Of a stretch of DNA of 64,000 nt, positions 8,672 to 19,446 are shown one piece after another. The notes below the pieces were generated by a model. The model ran no database searches, had not been told where the DNA came from, and saw only the letters and a program-made list of their open reading frames with translations. A program made the position numbers and the translations under genes. The DNA is from a virus (Duplodnaviria; Caudoviricetes). The stretch lies in the IMG/VR virus record IMGVR_UViG_3300046167_000798; one strand, given 5' to 3'. Each line of letters opens with the position of its first letter. Position 1 is the stretch's first letter.

Positions 8672-9797
8672 AAATATTTAAAATTTCGTTAGGTATGTGA
8701 TTACTACCATGTGTTATTTTGTGTATAAGTTGTTTATTATATTCAAGTGTTGGCTCCATTAAATCATAAAGTTCATTATAATCTTTATTTTTTAATTTTA
8801 TTAGTTGTTCAATAATTAAATCATATCTTTTAAAAACATCTTCTTCATCGTCAAAAGAATAATCCAAAACATTATCATACAATTTAAAACCATACTTTAA
8901 AAGTTCTTTGTTTTGATTTGTAGAACCAAATGCAATAAAAGGTTGTTTTAAAAAAATACATCTAAATGTTTTTTCTGTAATGTAAGGAACATCCATTGAA
9001 GTTTCACCTGCCAAATTAAATAAGGCCTTTGGTGTTAAAATTCTATCAGAAAACTCACCAACAAAATTTTTATTTTTATTAGATATATCATCTAAGTTTA
9101 AAATTTCTTCATTCCAATATATAAAATCCTTATAGAAAGAATCATCTTTGATTATATCATTACCTACTCCTTCGGTATATAACTGATTCCAAGAAGTAAA
9201 ACCACAATCAAACAAATTTGAATTATATAACTTATCAATCATAATTCTTCTATGAATTCTTGGTCTTAAGTTCATATTCAGATACAATTTTTCAAAATCT
9301 TTTTCAATTTCTAAATCATAAACTTTACAATCTAATTTTCTTTCATTAATAAAATCTCTTCTTAGTTGTATATATGTGTGTTCTACTAACCAAGTAGGCC
9401 AATATATTATTTTAAATCTTTTTAAATTAATATCTTTAAGAAAATCTTGATATAGTTTAGGATTATCTGAACCATATACAAAATAAAAATTGCAATCTAA
9501 TTTTTCTAAATTAGTATCAAATTCTATAATTTTTTTATGTGTTCCTTCATATGCCCATTCATTAATAAAATCAATAAAAAAAGAAGATTGACATTCGGTT
9601 GGTAAAAATTGATACATATTTTTACAACTATTTTTTGATATATATTCAAGTGTATTACTTTCAAAGGAACTACCATCCTTAGAATAAAAATAGTTTGGTT
9701 GAGCAAAATAATTTATTCCGTCTAAGGTTTTGGATTCGGAATTACATATTGTTAAGATATAATCAAAAACTTTATTGTAAAAACTTCTTTCATCCAT
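8655..9797 (-). CDS. GT10-like putative glycosyltransferase, paralogue 3
   Basis: YLNMNLRPRIHR; AGETS..ITEKTFRCIFLKQPF..GFKLYDNVLDYSFD. Confidence 0.5.
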   Translation of the reverse strand: MDERSFYNKVFDYILTICNSESKTLDGINYFAQPNYFYSKDGSSFESNTLEYISKNSCKNMYQFLPTECQSSFFIDFINEWAYEGTHKKIIEFDTNLEKLDCNFYFVYGSDNPKLYQDFLKDINLKRFKIIYWPTWLVEHTYIQLRRDFINERKLDCKVYDLEIEKDFEKLYLNMNLRPRIHRRIMIDKLYNSNLFDCGFTSWNQLYTEGVGNDIIKDDSFYKDFIYWNEEILNLDDISNKNKNFVGEFSDRILTPKALFNLAGETSMDVPYITEKTFRCIFLKQPFIAFGSTNQNKELLKYGFKLYDNVLDYSFDDEEDVFKRYDLIIEQLIKLKNKDYNELYDLMEPTLEYNKQLIHKITHGSNHIPNEILNIYENRN

Positions 9798-10371
9798 TTG
9801 GTTTATCTCTTTTAGATAATATTGGATTATCTGTTGGCCAATCTATGTTAAATCTTTTATCGTTCCAAAATACTGTACCTTGTTTATCATCATCGTAGTA
9901 TTCACCTTGATATGCAAGTTTGTATTGGAAAATGGAATTATCTTCCATTACATAGTGTCCATTTGCGAACATCGGTGGAATTAAAACTTGAGTACCTGTT
10001 TCAGGACCAATTATAAAAGATTCCCACTTACCATAGTTTGGTTGTTTTGGTCTTAAATCCAAAACCACAAGATATAACTTACCATGAGGACATGAAATTA
10101 GTTTCCATGTTTTATCATCCCAATGTAACCCTCTTAAGACATTTTGTTTTGATTTTGAATATCTATCGTGATTAAACTTCAACCCTTCGTTTCTTTCACC
10201 AGCTGGTAATAATCTATCGTAGAAATCAGAATGATATGTTGTAGTAATCATTCCTCTATATTCGTGATATATAGATGGTTGTATAATCTTTACTTGAGGC
10301 AAAACAGAACCATTGTAAAAGTGAAAATCATCCCAACTTCTTTCTTTGTAAAATATACTTCTATTTTTCAT
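9790..10371 (-). CDS. rfbC: dTDP-4-dehydrorhamnose 3,5-epimerase (RmlC/cupin) family
   Basis: NVLRGLHW..KLISCPHGKLYLVVLDLR, LIPPMFANGH, WNDKRFNIDWP..ILSKRD. Confidence 0.85.
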   Translation of the reverse strand: MKNRSIFYKERSWDDFHFYNGSVLPQVKIIQPSIYHEYRGMITTTYHSDFYDRLLPAGERNEGLKFNHDRYSKSKQNVLRGLHWDDKTWKLISCPHGKLYLVVLDLRPKQPNYGKWESFIIGPETGTQVLIPPMFANGHYVMEDNSIFQYKLAYQGEYYDDDKQGTVFWNDKRFNIDWPTDNPILSKRDKPNG

Positions 10372-11120
10372 TATAACAATTCTTTATTAATTATACTTAC
10401 TCCTTTTTGCTGAACAACTTGAGTTGAACATTTATTTGCAAATTCAAGAGATTCTTCAATTGAACGAGTCTGTATATATTTAAATATAAGACCTGCCAAA
10501 AAACTATCTCCAGCTCCAGCAACATCCTTTACACCAACATCTTTGGTTGGATAATTTTTTCCATTCCAATCACATCCATTTGGGCCTCGTGTAATAATTG
10601 TTTTTTCTTTTAATAATACATTACTATCTATCTGAGTTTTGCTTCTTAGATATTCATTATAATTTATCTTTATATAAGATATGTACTTACACCAACTTCC
10701 AAGTTTTTTCTTTGTATCTAAAAAAGTTGGACAATTACATTTTGATGATATTTCTTCTATATCGGATTTTGATAAGAATCCTTTATCATAATCTGCAAAT
10801 ACAACCAAATCAAATTCATCTGTATTTGGCAGTTCTGTTAAATTAAGATTAGAAACTTTATCATTTTCATCTATTCGTAATAAAATGTAATTATAAGAAT
10901 CATCAACATATCTTATTTTTGTAACTTCTTCAGTATTACAAACCAAATGAGTATCAACTCCAAGTGCTTTTAGATTCAATTGAACATTTTCAGCCATTCC
11001 TTTAGAATAAGTTTCTCTCAATGGTTTAATGACAGGTACTGGTGCCTCTGGTGATAATCTTAAAACATCACCATAAATAAAAACATCATCACAACTCTCT
11101 CCTATTACTAATACTTTCAT
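10371..11120 (-). CDS. PfkB-family sugar kinase, RfaE/HldE kinase domain-like (stand-alone)
   Basis: VIGESCDD..RLSPEAPVPV and DVAGAGDSFLAG. Confidence 0.85.
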   Translation of the reverse strand: MKVLVIGESCDDVFIYGDVLRLSPEAPVPVIKPLRETYSKGMAENVQLNLKALGVDTHLVCNTEEVTKIRYVDDSYNYILLRIDENDKVSNLNLTELPNTDEFDLVVFADYDKGFLSKSDIEEISSKCNCPTFLDTKKKLGSWCKYISYIKINYNEYLRSKTQIDSNVLLKEKTIITRGPNGCDWNGKNYPTKDVGVKDVAGAGDSFLAGLIFKYIQTRSIEESLEFANKCSTQVVQQKGVSIINKELL

Positions 11121-11122
11121 AT

Positions 11123-11984
11123 CTATCCTTTTATATATTTTACAAATGATGAAAAAAGATTTTCTAACTGATTATTTTCAAATTTATAATCTTTCATTCC
11201 ATCACTTCTAAATTGTTTTTTATATTCTATCTCTAATATGTTTTCTCTATCTGTTAATCCAATGTGAGATAAATCTATAATAGATAGTTTGTTATTTAAA
11301 TATTCAAAAGTATTTATAAACTTATCTATATCTAACTTCGGGTCTCCATTTTCATTAACATATGCATCATAGTACTTAATTTCATTTGGTCTTATATGAT
11401 GTGATTGAAATCCTTTCCAATATTTTTCCTCAAACATAGATAATAAATATAAAATCATTCCTTTATGTGGACCTGATTCGTTAAAGAATTCTGTGTTTGG
11501 TAAATTATCTGCAAACTTTTTTATCATCTCATGGCTACCAAAAAAAAGCATGGTCTGGAATATGTTGTAAGGGCTCACCATTATTGCTTAATTGACCTAA
11601 TGGATATATCTGATTGGGTACATTATTTAGTAATTTTTCTAAATCTTTTATATAAAATGTACTATCAACTCTTCCTATGAAAATACAATCATATACATCA
11701 TCACACTCATTCAAGTACTTAGATAAAAACCTAAAAGAATAATGAAGAACATGATTATCTGTATTTGAAAAATCTTTCCTATCGTATAAAAAAACCTTTG
11801 GATTGTTTAATGTATTAAAGTCTTCTTCTGTAACAGATTCAAAGTTTGATGAACCTAAATATTCACTTGTTGTATTTGGAGTGTGAATTACAATATCTAA
11901 GTTTGGGATATCTAATATGTTCCAAAACTTTCTTGCAGTTTCAAAGGTTCTCTTTTCCCCATATAAAAAATATAAACATTTCAT
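11123..11984 (-). CDS. Hypothetical protein (~286 aa), possibly glycosyltransferase-like; split by +1 indel in the A8 run at 11540-11547
   Basis: Two track ORFs join as ..IPDHAFFGSHEM.. after deleting one base. The LYGEKRTF, YDCIFIGRVD and DHAFFG pattern resembles small phage GT-like proteins. Confidence 0.55.
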
Positions 11985-12388
11985 TACCAACTAATTTCCC
12001 AATCCTTAAATTCTGCTGCAATACAATCTACCTTATAATCTTTTCTACCACCATCAACTTCTTGTATTTTATTTTTTGCTGTATTTCTGATTCCATTTAA
12101 TCCATGTGTTAACAACAAGTTATTTCCTACATCTTCACCATTTCTTGCATTATCTTCATTTACCCAAATATGAGTATTCATCTGAGCCAATACAATTATT
12201 GCTCTGATAAAATCACCATCAATTTTTAATTGTTTTGTGGTAGTTAAGATTTCTGTAATATCATGTACGATTTCTTCAATCTCTTTTTGATATTCTTTTT
12301 TGTGTTGTGGTATTTTAACTTCTTTAAGTTGAACAATTGTCAACCTATCAATTAGTTCTCCTAATGTTGGTAAATATTTTCTAGCCAT
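11984..12388 (-). CDS. Helical hypothetical protein, DUF6165-like
   Basis: LGELIDRLTIVQLK..NTHIWVNED..NGIRNTAKNKI pattern recalled from DUF6165; not verified by search. Confidence 0.45.
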   Translation of the reverse strand: MARKYLPTLGELIDRLTIVQLKEVKIPQHKKEYQKEIEEIVHDITEILTTTKQLKIDGDFIRAIIVLAQMNTHIWVNEDNARNGEDVGNNLLLTHGLNGIRNTAKNKIQEVDGGRKDYKVDCIAAEFKDWEISW

Positions 12389-13335
12389 TTATATAACTTT
12401 TTAATTCCTGTTTCTAATTTTTCTGTTGGCTCCCACTCTAATAATTTTTTTATTAATTTATTATCAGAGTTTCTTCCTCTTACTCCAAGAGGCCCATCTA
12501 TATTTTTTATCTTTATATTCTTATTACTAATTCTAATAATCATTTTAGTAAAATCATTTATGGATATCATTTCTTCAGAACCAACATTAATTGGAGTAGT
12601 TACTTCTGATTTCATTAATCTTCGTAATCCTTCAACACACTCATCTACATATAAGAATGAACGAGTTTGTTTTCCATCTCCCCAAACTTCAATAGTATCT
12701 CCTTCATTTGATTTTACAACTTTTCTACAAATAGCAGCAGGTGCTTTTTCTTTTCCTCCATCATAAGTTCCCATAGGGCCGAATATATTATGTAATCTTG
12801 CAATTTTTGTATCTATTCCATAATTTTTTCTAAATGATAAATACAATCTTTCTGAGTATAACTTTTCCCAACCATATTCCGAATCAGGATTTGCTGGATA
12901 TGCTGAACTTTCTTCACAATTAGGATTATCAGGGTCTAATTGATTGTGTTCTGGATATACACAAGCTGATGAGGTATAAAGAACTTTATCAATACCAAAC
13001 TCTGAACATACCTTTAATACATTTAAGTTAATTATAGATGAGTTGTGCATTATATCAGCATCATTTTCACCTGTAAATATGTATCCTGCTCCACCCATAT
13101 CTGCCGCGAGTTGGTAAACTTCATCAACTCCATTACCATCTATAATCAAAGAAGATTTTACAAGATTTAGATTTCTTAAATCACCTACAATAAAATCATC
13201 ACATATATCTTCGTGATTAAAATATTCATGTGATTTTATATCAACACATCTTACATAATATCCTTCTGATTTTAATCTTTTGGCTAAGTGTCCTCCAATG
13301 AATCCACCACCACCAAGTACTACTGCTGTTTTCAT
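12361..13335 (-). CDS. GDP-mannose 3,5-epimerase-like
   Basis: GGGGFIGGH, QLAADMGGAGYI, EYGWEKL, GGKEKAPAAICRK, GPLGVRGRNSDN. Confidence 0.9.
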   Translation of the reverse strand: MKTAVVLGGGGFIGGHLAKRLKSEGYYVRCVDIKSHEYFNHEDICDDFIVGDLRNLNLVKSSLIIDGNGVDEVYQLAADMGGAGYIFTGENDADIMHNSSIINLNVLKVCSEFGIDKVLYTSSACVYPEHNQLDPDNPNCEESSAYPANPDSEYGWEKLYSERLYLSFRKNYGIDTKIARLHNIFGPMGTYDGGKEKAPAAICRKVVKSNEGDTIEVWGDGKQTRSFLYVDECVEGLRRLMKSEVTTPINVGSEEMISINDFTKMIIRISNKNIKIKNIDGPLGVRGRNSDNKLIKKLLEWEPTEKLETGIKKLYKWLENIYQH

Positions 13336-14546
13336 ATTGCTAAACTTTTTATAAAATTTTTATCACTATCATCATTAATTATCTTTTTAATAACATTTCT
13401 ATTATATTCAAATCTTTGAAAATTATGTTTGAAAAAATCTTTAATTTCATTTTCTATTTTAGATAATCTGATTATTTCACTTTGTATCATTTTAAATCGT
13501 TTACTTGGATTTTCTTCCAAATCATATGAATGGTCAACTACATCATCGAACCAATCAAAATCAAACTTTTCTCTCATTCTTTTTATATGACCATGTGTTG
13601 CCAATATAATTGGTATCTGATAAAACCACAATGGTTGAGTAGATTTTTCCGTAATGTGTATTACATCCTTCCACTCATATTGAGTTTCAGTAACTATATT
13701 AATATAGGCATGTTTATATAAATTATTTTTATAAGTTAAATCATGTTGAGGTCCGTTTTTATCAAATTCAAAATTTTCAAATTTACTTTTTTTACTTGTA
13801 ATAGCATATAACCATTCAGCTTCTTTATCATATACTTCACTTTCTGTTTCATCAATGATTGGTGTATATGATGATTTAAAATAATCTATACAATCATTTT
13901 CTGTATTATAATAAGCTTTAAATTTATCTCCTTGTAAAAAACTATAATCTACTTTATCTAGTAAATTTTCTTTTTTTAGAAAAAGAATTAATGCAACTCT
14001 ATGTGATTTAAATGCTCTATTATAACATTGAAACAAACAATCTCTTTCTGTATCATATCCCCAACTCCCAGCTTCTTCAAATGTTCTTGCAATCCCAACT
14101 GGTATATGATTATTTGAATAAACATTTATATTACTATTTGCTTGTTGTTTTAAATTATCAATCAAATCATTTCCACAAAAAAGATAAAATTGTTTTTCAT
14201 CTATACCAATTGAATTTACATATTTTTTTATATCAATAATTGCATCTGGTGAATCACTTTCATGAAAAGTTACAAATAAAAACCTGATATCATATCCTTC
14301 TTTGTAAAGATTTATTATATCTAATGGTATTTCAAATTCTTTGTTTTCTAAATCCTGTGAAGGATATCCATATGTACGATAACATACATAATATGTTTTT
14401 TCTTTTTGAATATCATCTATATTACAAATAACATAATCATTTTTCATATCCCAATGACCAAATGTATCTAATATATTATCCTCAATATCCTCGTGCTGTT
14501 TTCTCAAAGAATCAGATAATAATATGTTAATTTTATTTGTACTCAT
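13332..14546 (-). CDS. GT10-like putative glycosyltransferase, paralogue 4
   Basis: FQCYNRAFKSHR; VTET..ITEKSTQPLWFYQIP..FDWFDDVVDHSYD. Confidence 0.5.
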   Translation of the reverse strand: MSTNKINILLSDSLRKQHEDIEDNILDTFGHWDMKNDYVICNIDDIQKEKTYYVCYRTYGYPSQDLENKEFEIPLDIINLYKEGYDIRFLFVTFHESDSPDAIIDIKKYVNSIGIDEKQFYLFCGNDLIDNLKQQANSNINVYSNNHIPVGIARTFEEAGSWGYDTERDCLFQCYNRAFKSHRVALILFLKKENLLDKVDYSFLQGDKFKAYYNTENDCIDYFKSSYTPIIDETESEVYDKEAEWLYAITSKKSKFENFEFDKNGPQHDLTYKNNLYKHAYINIVTETQYEWKDVIHITEKSTQPLWFYQIPIILATHGHIKRMREKFDFDWFDDVVDHSYDLEENPSKRFKMIQSEIIRLSKIENEIKDFFKHNFQRFEYNRNVIKKIINDDSDKNFIKSLAI

Positions 14547-14561
14547 GTTGTATATATATAT

Positions 14562-15770
14562 TTAAAAATTAATAATACTATTAGAAATATGAACATCTGT
14601 TTGTTTTGTAAATTCTAATATACTATTTTTATTATTTAAAAATCTATCTTTATTGTTTTTATAAAAATGTATTATTTCATTTTCCAATCTACTTAATCGT
14701 AAGCACTCTTCAATAATCATTTTTAGTCTTTTTGTATTATCTAATTCTTTATCATAATCATGATTAATAAAATCATCAAATAAATCTAAATTATAATCAT
14801 CTCTTAAAGTTTTAACATGATTGGGAGATGCAACAAATATAGGTAATATTGGTAAACAAAATGGTTTTAAAGATTTTTCTGTTATATGGATACCATCAAA
14901 CCAATATACTGATTCAGTAATTATATTTATGTAAGAATTTCTATAATCTTTATGATTAACTTTTCCTGCAAAATCATAACCTGTTTCAAATAAATTTTCA
15001 ACATCTTTAAAATCTGAACTGTGTGATTCGTAATCAGTTAATTTCGGTTTTTTCATTTTATTAACATGATTTTTTTTGTAAAAAGAAAATGACTTATTAA
15101 TGTTATTAAAATCACTTTCTCTAAACTCATCCCAGTCTGTTTTAGGTGGTGTTAGAAAAGAATAATTTGTATTATCTAAAAGTCCATACATATCTAATAA
15201 ACAAATTGTAAAAAATCTATGTTCTTTACCTTCTTTATTTACACATAAAAACATCTTATCTCTTTTTTCTTCATTCCAAACCAAATCAAAATACTTAAAT
15301 TTTTCTAATAATGTTTTTGCAGTATTCTTCCATAAAAAATTTGTTTTAAATGTTTTAACATTTGTTTTAGAGTTTAAATTTTTTAAATTGGAATCATTAT
15401 TAATTAAAATAATTTTTTCTTGATGATTATCAAATAAATTAAGTAATTTTTCTATTTGTTTATATGGTTGTGTTTCATGCATATCCATAAAAACTAATCT
15501 AAAATTATCTTCTTTTAATAATTCTTTTATTTTTTTTAGAAATACACTATCAGTAGAATATACATCTATAATATGGTCAATTGAAAAGAATGATATAAAA
15601 TCAATATAATAAAATTTTTCATCTGGATTAAAGATAATATCATCTGATAATCTTAAATTTATATCAACACTATTATCTGAAAACCACATAAAGTGATTTA
15701 ATGTATTTTCAATTGTTGAAGACTCATAAATACTATGCCTTAACTCATATAAATCTTCTAATATATTCAT
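14562..15770 (-). CDS. GT10-like putative glycosyltransferase, paralogue 5
   Basis: FLCVNKEGKEHR; ITES..ITEKSLKPFCLPILP..LDLFDDFINHDYD. Confidence 0.5.
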   Translation of the reverse strand: MNILEDLYELRHSIYESSTIENTLNHFMWFSDNSVDINLRLSDDIIFNPDEKFYYIDFISFFSIDHIIDVYSTDSVFLKKIKELLKEDNFRLVFMDMHETQPYKQIEKLLNLFDNHQEKIILINNDSNLKNLNSKTNVKTFKTNFLWKNTAKTLLEKFKYFDLVWNEEKRDKMFLCVNKEGKEHRFFTICLLDMYGLLDNTNYSFLTPPKTDWDEFRESDFNNINKSFSFYKKNHVNKMKKPKLTDYESHSSDFKDVENLFETGYDFAGKVNHKDYRNSYINIITESVYWFDGIHITEKSLKPFCLPILPIFVASPNHVKTLRDDYNLDLFDDFINHDYDKELDNTKRLKMIIEECLRLSRLENEIIHFYKNNKDRFLNNKNSILEFTKQTDVHISNSIINF

Positions 15771-16777
15771 TATCTATTCAAAAATTTTCTTCCCTTTTTT
15801 ATTTCATTTCTCCAATAATCTAAAAGGTCATTCATAGTTTCTTCAAAAGTATATTTTGGTTTCCATCCTGTATGTTTTCTGAACTTTTCTGTATTTGGTA
15901 CTTGTAAATCAGCATCAATAGGTCTTAACCTATCTTCATCTACTTCAATTGTAATATCATCTCTTGTAGATTGTGAAATTAAGTAGTTTAACATATCTCC
16001 AATCTTACAAGTGTACTCACCACCAATATTATAGTACTCACCACTAATTGGATTTTTAGTTACCAATAAATAATAGGCTTCTACTGCATCTCTAACATCT
16101 GCATAAGTTCTAAGTGAATCTAAGTTACCAACATATATTGTAGGTTCTTGTAATCCAGCTTCTATCATTGCTATTTGTTTTGCAAAAGTTGATTCTGAGA
16201 ATACATCACCTCTTCTTGGACCTGTATGTGTAAACATTCGTGTTGTCATTATGGTTATACCAAATGCTTCTGCATAATATCTACCTAATAAATCTGTTCC
16301 TACTTTTGATATTGCATATGGAGATGCTGGATGTATTGAACACTCCTCATCTATTGGTAATTTATCTTTTGGTACTCTACCAAATATTTCAGATGAAGCA
16401 CAAACATGAACTACAACATCATCCTCACCATAATCTCTTATAGATTCCATTAAGTTTGCAGTACCTATAATATTTGTTTGTAAAGTTTCAAGTGGAGCTC
16501 TAAAAGATGTTTTTGGATAAGATTGAGCAGCTAAATGAAATACATAATTTGCTTCAGATTGTTCTACTGCTTGAATTACTGATGGTAAATCATTCAAATC
16601 TCCATTGATTAAAAACAATCTATCTTTCTTGTTAATTCTATCAAAGTGGTGTTCTAAGTTATCTAATCTATCGTTCCATCTAATAAATCCATAGATATCC
16701 CAAGTTGTATTCTCAATAAGGTAATCTACCAAGTGAGAACCAACCATTCCTGTTATTCCTGTTATTAATACATTCAT
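15770..16777 (-). CDS. GDP-mannose 4,6-dehydratase / Rmd-like SDR
   Basis: LITGITGMVGSH, HLAAQS, ASSE, SPYAISK, FAKQIAMIEAG, VGNLDSLRTYADVRD. I cannot separate Gmd from Rmd by eye. Confidence 0.85.
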   Translation of the reverse strand: MNVLITGITGMVGSHLVDYLIENTTWDIYGFIRWNDRLDNLEHHFDRINKKDRLFLINGDLNDLPSVIQAVEQSEANYVFHLAAQSYPKTSFRAPLETLQTNIIGTANLMESIRDYGEDDVVVHVCASSEIFGRVPKDKLPIDEECSIHPASPYAISKVGTDLLGRYYAEAFGITIMTTRMFTHTGPRRGDVFSESTFAKQIAMIEAGLQEPTIYVGNLDSLRTYADVRDAVEAYYLLVTKNPISGEYYNIGGEYTCKIGDMLNYLISQSTRDDITIEVDEDRLRPIDADLQVPNTEKFRKHTGWKPKYTFEETMNDLLDYWRNEIKKGRKFLNR

Positions 16778-17730
16778 TTGTTTTGTTTAAACCATTCAAT
16801 TGTTTCTCTAATACCTTCTTCAAATGAATAACTTGGTTTAAATCCAAGATTATTTATTTTTTCGGTACTAACCATCCTAAAAGGTATAGTTGTAGGTTTA
16901 GAATTATCCCAAACAATCTTTGGGGAAAGGCCTGATACCTTTTGAATCGTATTTACTATATCTCCTACTGTAATTGGAGCTCCATATCCAACATTATACG
17001 GCTCCATTGGGTTACCATGTTCAATAATTGTTAATGCACCCTTAATCACATCCTTAACATACAAGAAATCTCTTACAACATCAGGTGAACCCCAAGCAGT
17101 GAATGGATTTTCACCTCCTAACATACGATTTATGATTGCAGGTATCACATGACAAGTTTTTACGTTAAAATTATCATTAGGTCCAAAGATTGCCGAACCT
17201 CTACCTAAGAATATCTTTAAATCAGAGAAGTTTGAAGTATGTTCCATCAATTTTTCTCTGTATCTTCTCATCCAACCATAACCAAAGTACGCAATGTAAG
17301 GTTCTTCTTCCCAAAATTCATCCTCCTTCACAGGATATCGTCTATCTGGATAACCAGTTGATGAGTTTAGGTCAAAAAACGAATCTACTTCGTTTCTAGC
17401 ACACGCATCAAGTACATTTCCAAGTAAAGTGATGTTTCCAAGTGAACCTTGTATATCGGTTCGTACTGAACCAGGATGTAAAACATGACCTGCACAATGA
17501 ATAACTAAATCTGCACCATTTGTGAGTTTGATTGCATCATCAAGGTTGTTTAAATCGATGTTTTCTAGTATTGTTATATCTTTTTGTATCTCTTCACTAA
17601 CTTGTAGTGGTGAATTGTAGGTGTGAGTAGTAATATTCGCACCTAACTTGTTTAATTCTGTGATGAAGTGTGTTGCAAGGAAACCTGCACCTCCTGTAAC
17701 TACAACTTCTTTGTTATTAAAGTAACTCAT
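16774..17730 (-). CDS. GDP-L-fucose synthase-like epimerase/reductase
   Basis: VTGGAGFL, FGPNDNF..HVIPAII, WGSPDVVRDFLYVKD, WDNSKP. Confidence 0.85.
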   Translation of the reverse strand: MSYFNNKEVVVTGGAGFLATHFITELNKLGANITTHTYNSPLQVSEEIQKDITILENIDLNNLDDAIKLTNGADLVIHCAGHVLHPGSVRTDIQGSLGNITLLGNVLDACARNEVDSFFDLNSSTGYPDRRYPVKEDEFWEEEPYIAYFGYGWMRRYREKLMEHTSNFSDLKIFLGRGSAIFGPNDNFNVKTCHVIPAIINRMLGGENPFTAWGSPDVVRDFLYVKDVIKGALTIIEHGNPMEPYNVGYGAPITVGDIVNTIQKVSGLSPKIVWDNSKPTTIPFRMVSTEKINNLGFKPSYSFEEGIRETIEWFKQNK

Positions 17731-18448
17731 TTAGTATTTTTTTTAATTTATTTGGTTCTACTTTTGGTTGATGTAATCCTAATGGATTTTCATAGTAAAT
17801 ATCTTCAACCGAAAACTTTTTTGCAACATCATAAGGTGCAATATCTTCATCTTTAAGGTATTTACAAAAATATATATCTTCCATAGTGATTTCATCATCA
17901 TTATATTTATCTGTAATCTCTATCATTCTTGATTTCTTACGAAATGATAATCCACCATTACCAACAATCTTTCCTTCTCGATATCTAATCCATGGTGCAC
18001 CTATATAATTGTATGAAGTAAACTCATCTATACCAAATCTTGTTAAGATTGTATCTGTTTGAAAGATTAAAATGTTTTCTGTTGGTAGTTTTTTCCAAAA
18101 CTCAGTACTTTTAAACATATCGTTATACAAAATACCATTTAAATCATCAACTTCTAAGTTTTCTATCTGAACATTGTTCCAATTTTGTGTAAAATCCTTA
18201 ACAAGTTGTTCATTTTTGTTTCCATGGTATATTTTCAATCCCCATTTTATATCAGAACTACTTTCATTTAGATAAAACATTACATTTTTACAAATAATTT
18301 CTAAATCTTTGTGATTTCTTGGTTCAACAATAACAGCATAATAATCACTATCATCAAAAATTATTGGAACATAGTTTTTTAATTTTTTCTTATATTTTAA
18401 AAGAAAATTATTCCATATCTCAATATGTTCTTTTGTTTGTTTTGGCAT
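17717..18448 (-). CDS. DUF5672-like protein
   Basis: AVIVEPRNH, ILIFQTDT, YNYIGAPW, VGNGGLSFRK, EDIYF. Confidence 0.7.
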   Translation of the reverse strand: MPKQTKEHIEIWNNFLLKYKKKLKNYVPIIFDDSDYYAVIVEPRNHKDLEIICKNVMFYLNESSSDIKWGLKIYHGNKNEQLVKDFTQNWNNVQIENLEVDDLNGILYNDMFKSTEFWKKLPTENILIFQTDTILTRFGIDEFTSYNYIGAPWIRYREGKIVGNGGLSFRKKSRMIEITDKYNDDEITMEDIYFCKYLKDEDIAPYDVAKKFSVEDIYYENPLGLHQPKVEPNKLKKILNELL

Positions 18449-19446
18449 TATTTTTTATTTTTCCAATAAGAATACATTCCTTTATCTAATTCATATTCAG
18501 ACCAAACAAATCTTTCTCTCATTGGTTGTTCTTTGGCCCATTCCCACATTTGTTTTAATCCATCTTTCATAGAAGTTTTATGTTCAAATCCTAATAAGTA
18601 AATTGATTTTTCAAATGTTGGTATTGAGTGTTTGACCTCATGTCTTGCTTCCAAATAACTTCGTTTTCCATTTCCTATAACTTGTAATAGTAACGAAGAT
18701 GCTTCATTTATGGATATCTCTTCTACTCCACCCAAATTAATAACTTCTTGACTTGCTTCTGGTCTTATAGCAGAATTCCAAAGGGGTTCTAATATATCAT
18801 CAATATAACTAAATGCTCTTGTTTGTTCACCATCTCCAAAAATTGTTATATCTTCGCCTTTTAAATACTGATACATCCATATTCCCAATACGTTTCTGTA
18901 CTTATCCCATATGTTTTGTTTAATACCATATACATTATGTGGTCTGATTATACAATAATCTAACCCATGTTGTTCGTTTGCTATTTTAATATCCATTTCA
19001 CAAGCATATTTTGCAACTCCATATGGGTCTATTGGTGATTGTTGTTGTTCTTCATCAAAAATACCACCTTCACCATGTCCATATACTGCAAGACTTGAAG
19101 TAAATACTAACCTTTTTACATTATGTTTTATACATTCATTAACAATCTTAGCAGTTGATTTTAAATTGTTATCATAATTGTAACAACGAATGAAAGGAGA
19201 TAATCCTTCAGCAGCATAAGCAGCAAAATGGAAAACATAATCTATTTTATTTGATTCAAAAATATTTTCTATTGGATGTTCTGTTAAATTCATTTGCCAG
19301 AACTTAACTTTTGGATTTATATTTTCTTCATACCCACCACTTAAATCATCTACTCCAATTACCTCAACTTCTGGTTTGTTTTCTATAATCCAATCTGCCA
19401 ATCTACTTCCAAGTAAACCTGCAACTCCTGTAATTAGTATTTTCAT
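18448..19446 (-). CDS. NAD-dependent epimerase/dehydratase
   Basis: LITGVAGLLGS, FTSSLAVYG, DPYGVAK, IFGDGEQTRAFSYIDD. Confidence 0.9.
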   Translation of the reverse strand: MKILITGVAGLLGSRLADWIIENKPEVEVIGVDDLSGGYEENINPKVKFWQMNLTEHPIENIFESNKIDYVFHFAAYAAEGLSPFIRCYNYDNNLKSTAKIVNECIKHNVKRLVFTSSLAVYGHGEGGIFDEEQQQSPIDPYGVAKYACEMDIKIANEQHGLDYCIIRPHNVYGIKQNIWDKYRNVLGIWMYQYLKGEDITIFGDGEQTRAFSYIDDILEPLWNSAIRPEASQEVINLGGVEEISINEASSLLLQVIGNGKRSYLEARHEVKHSIPTFEKSIYLLGFEHKTSMKDGLKQMWEWAKEQPMRERFVWSEYELDKGMYSYWKNKK

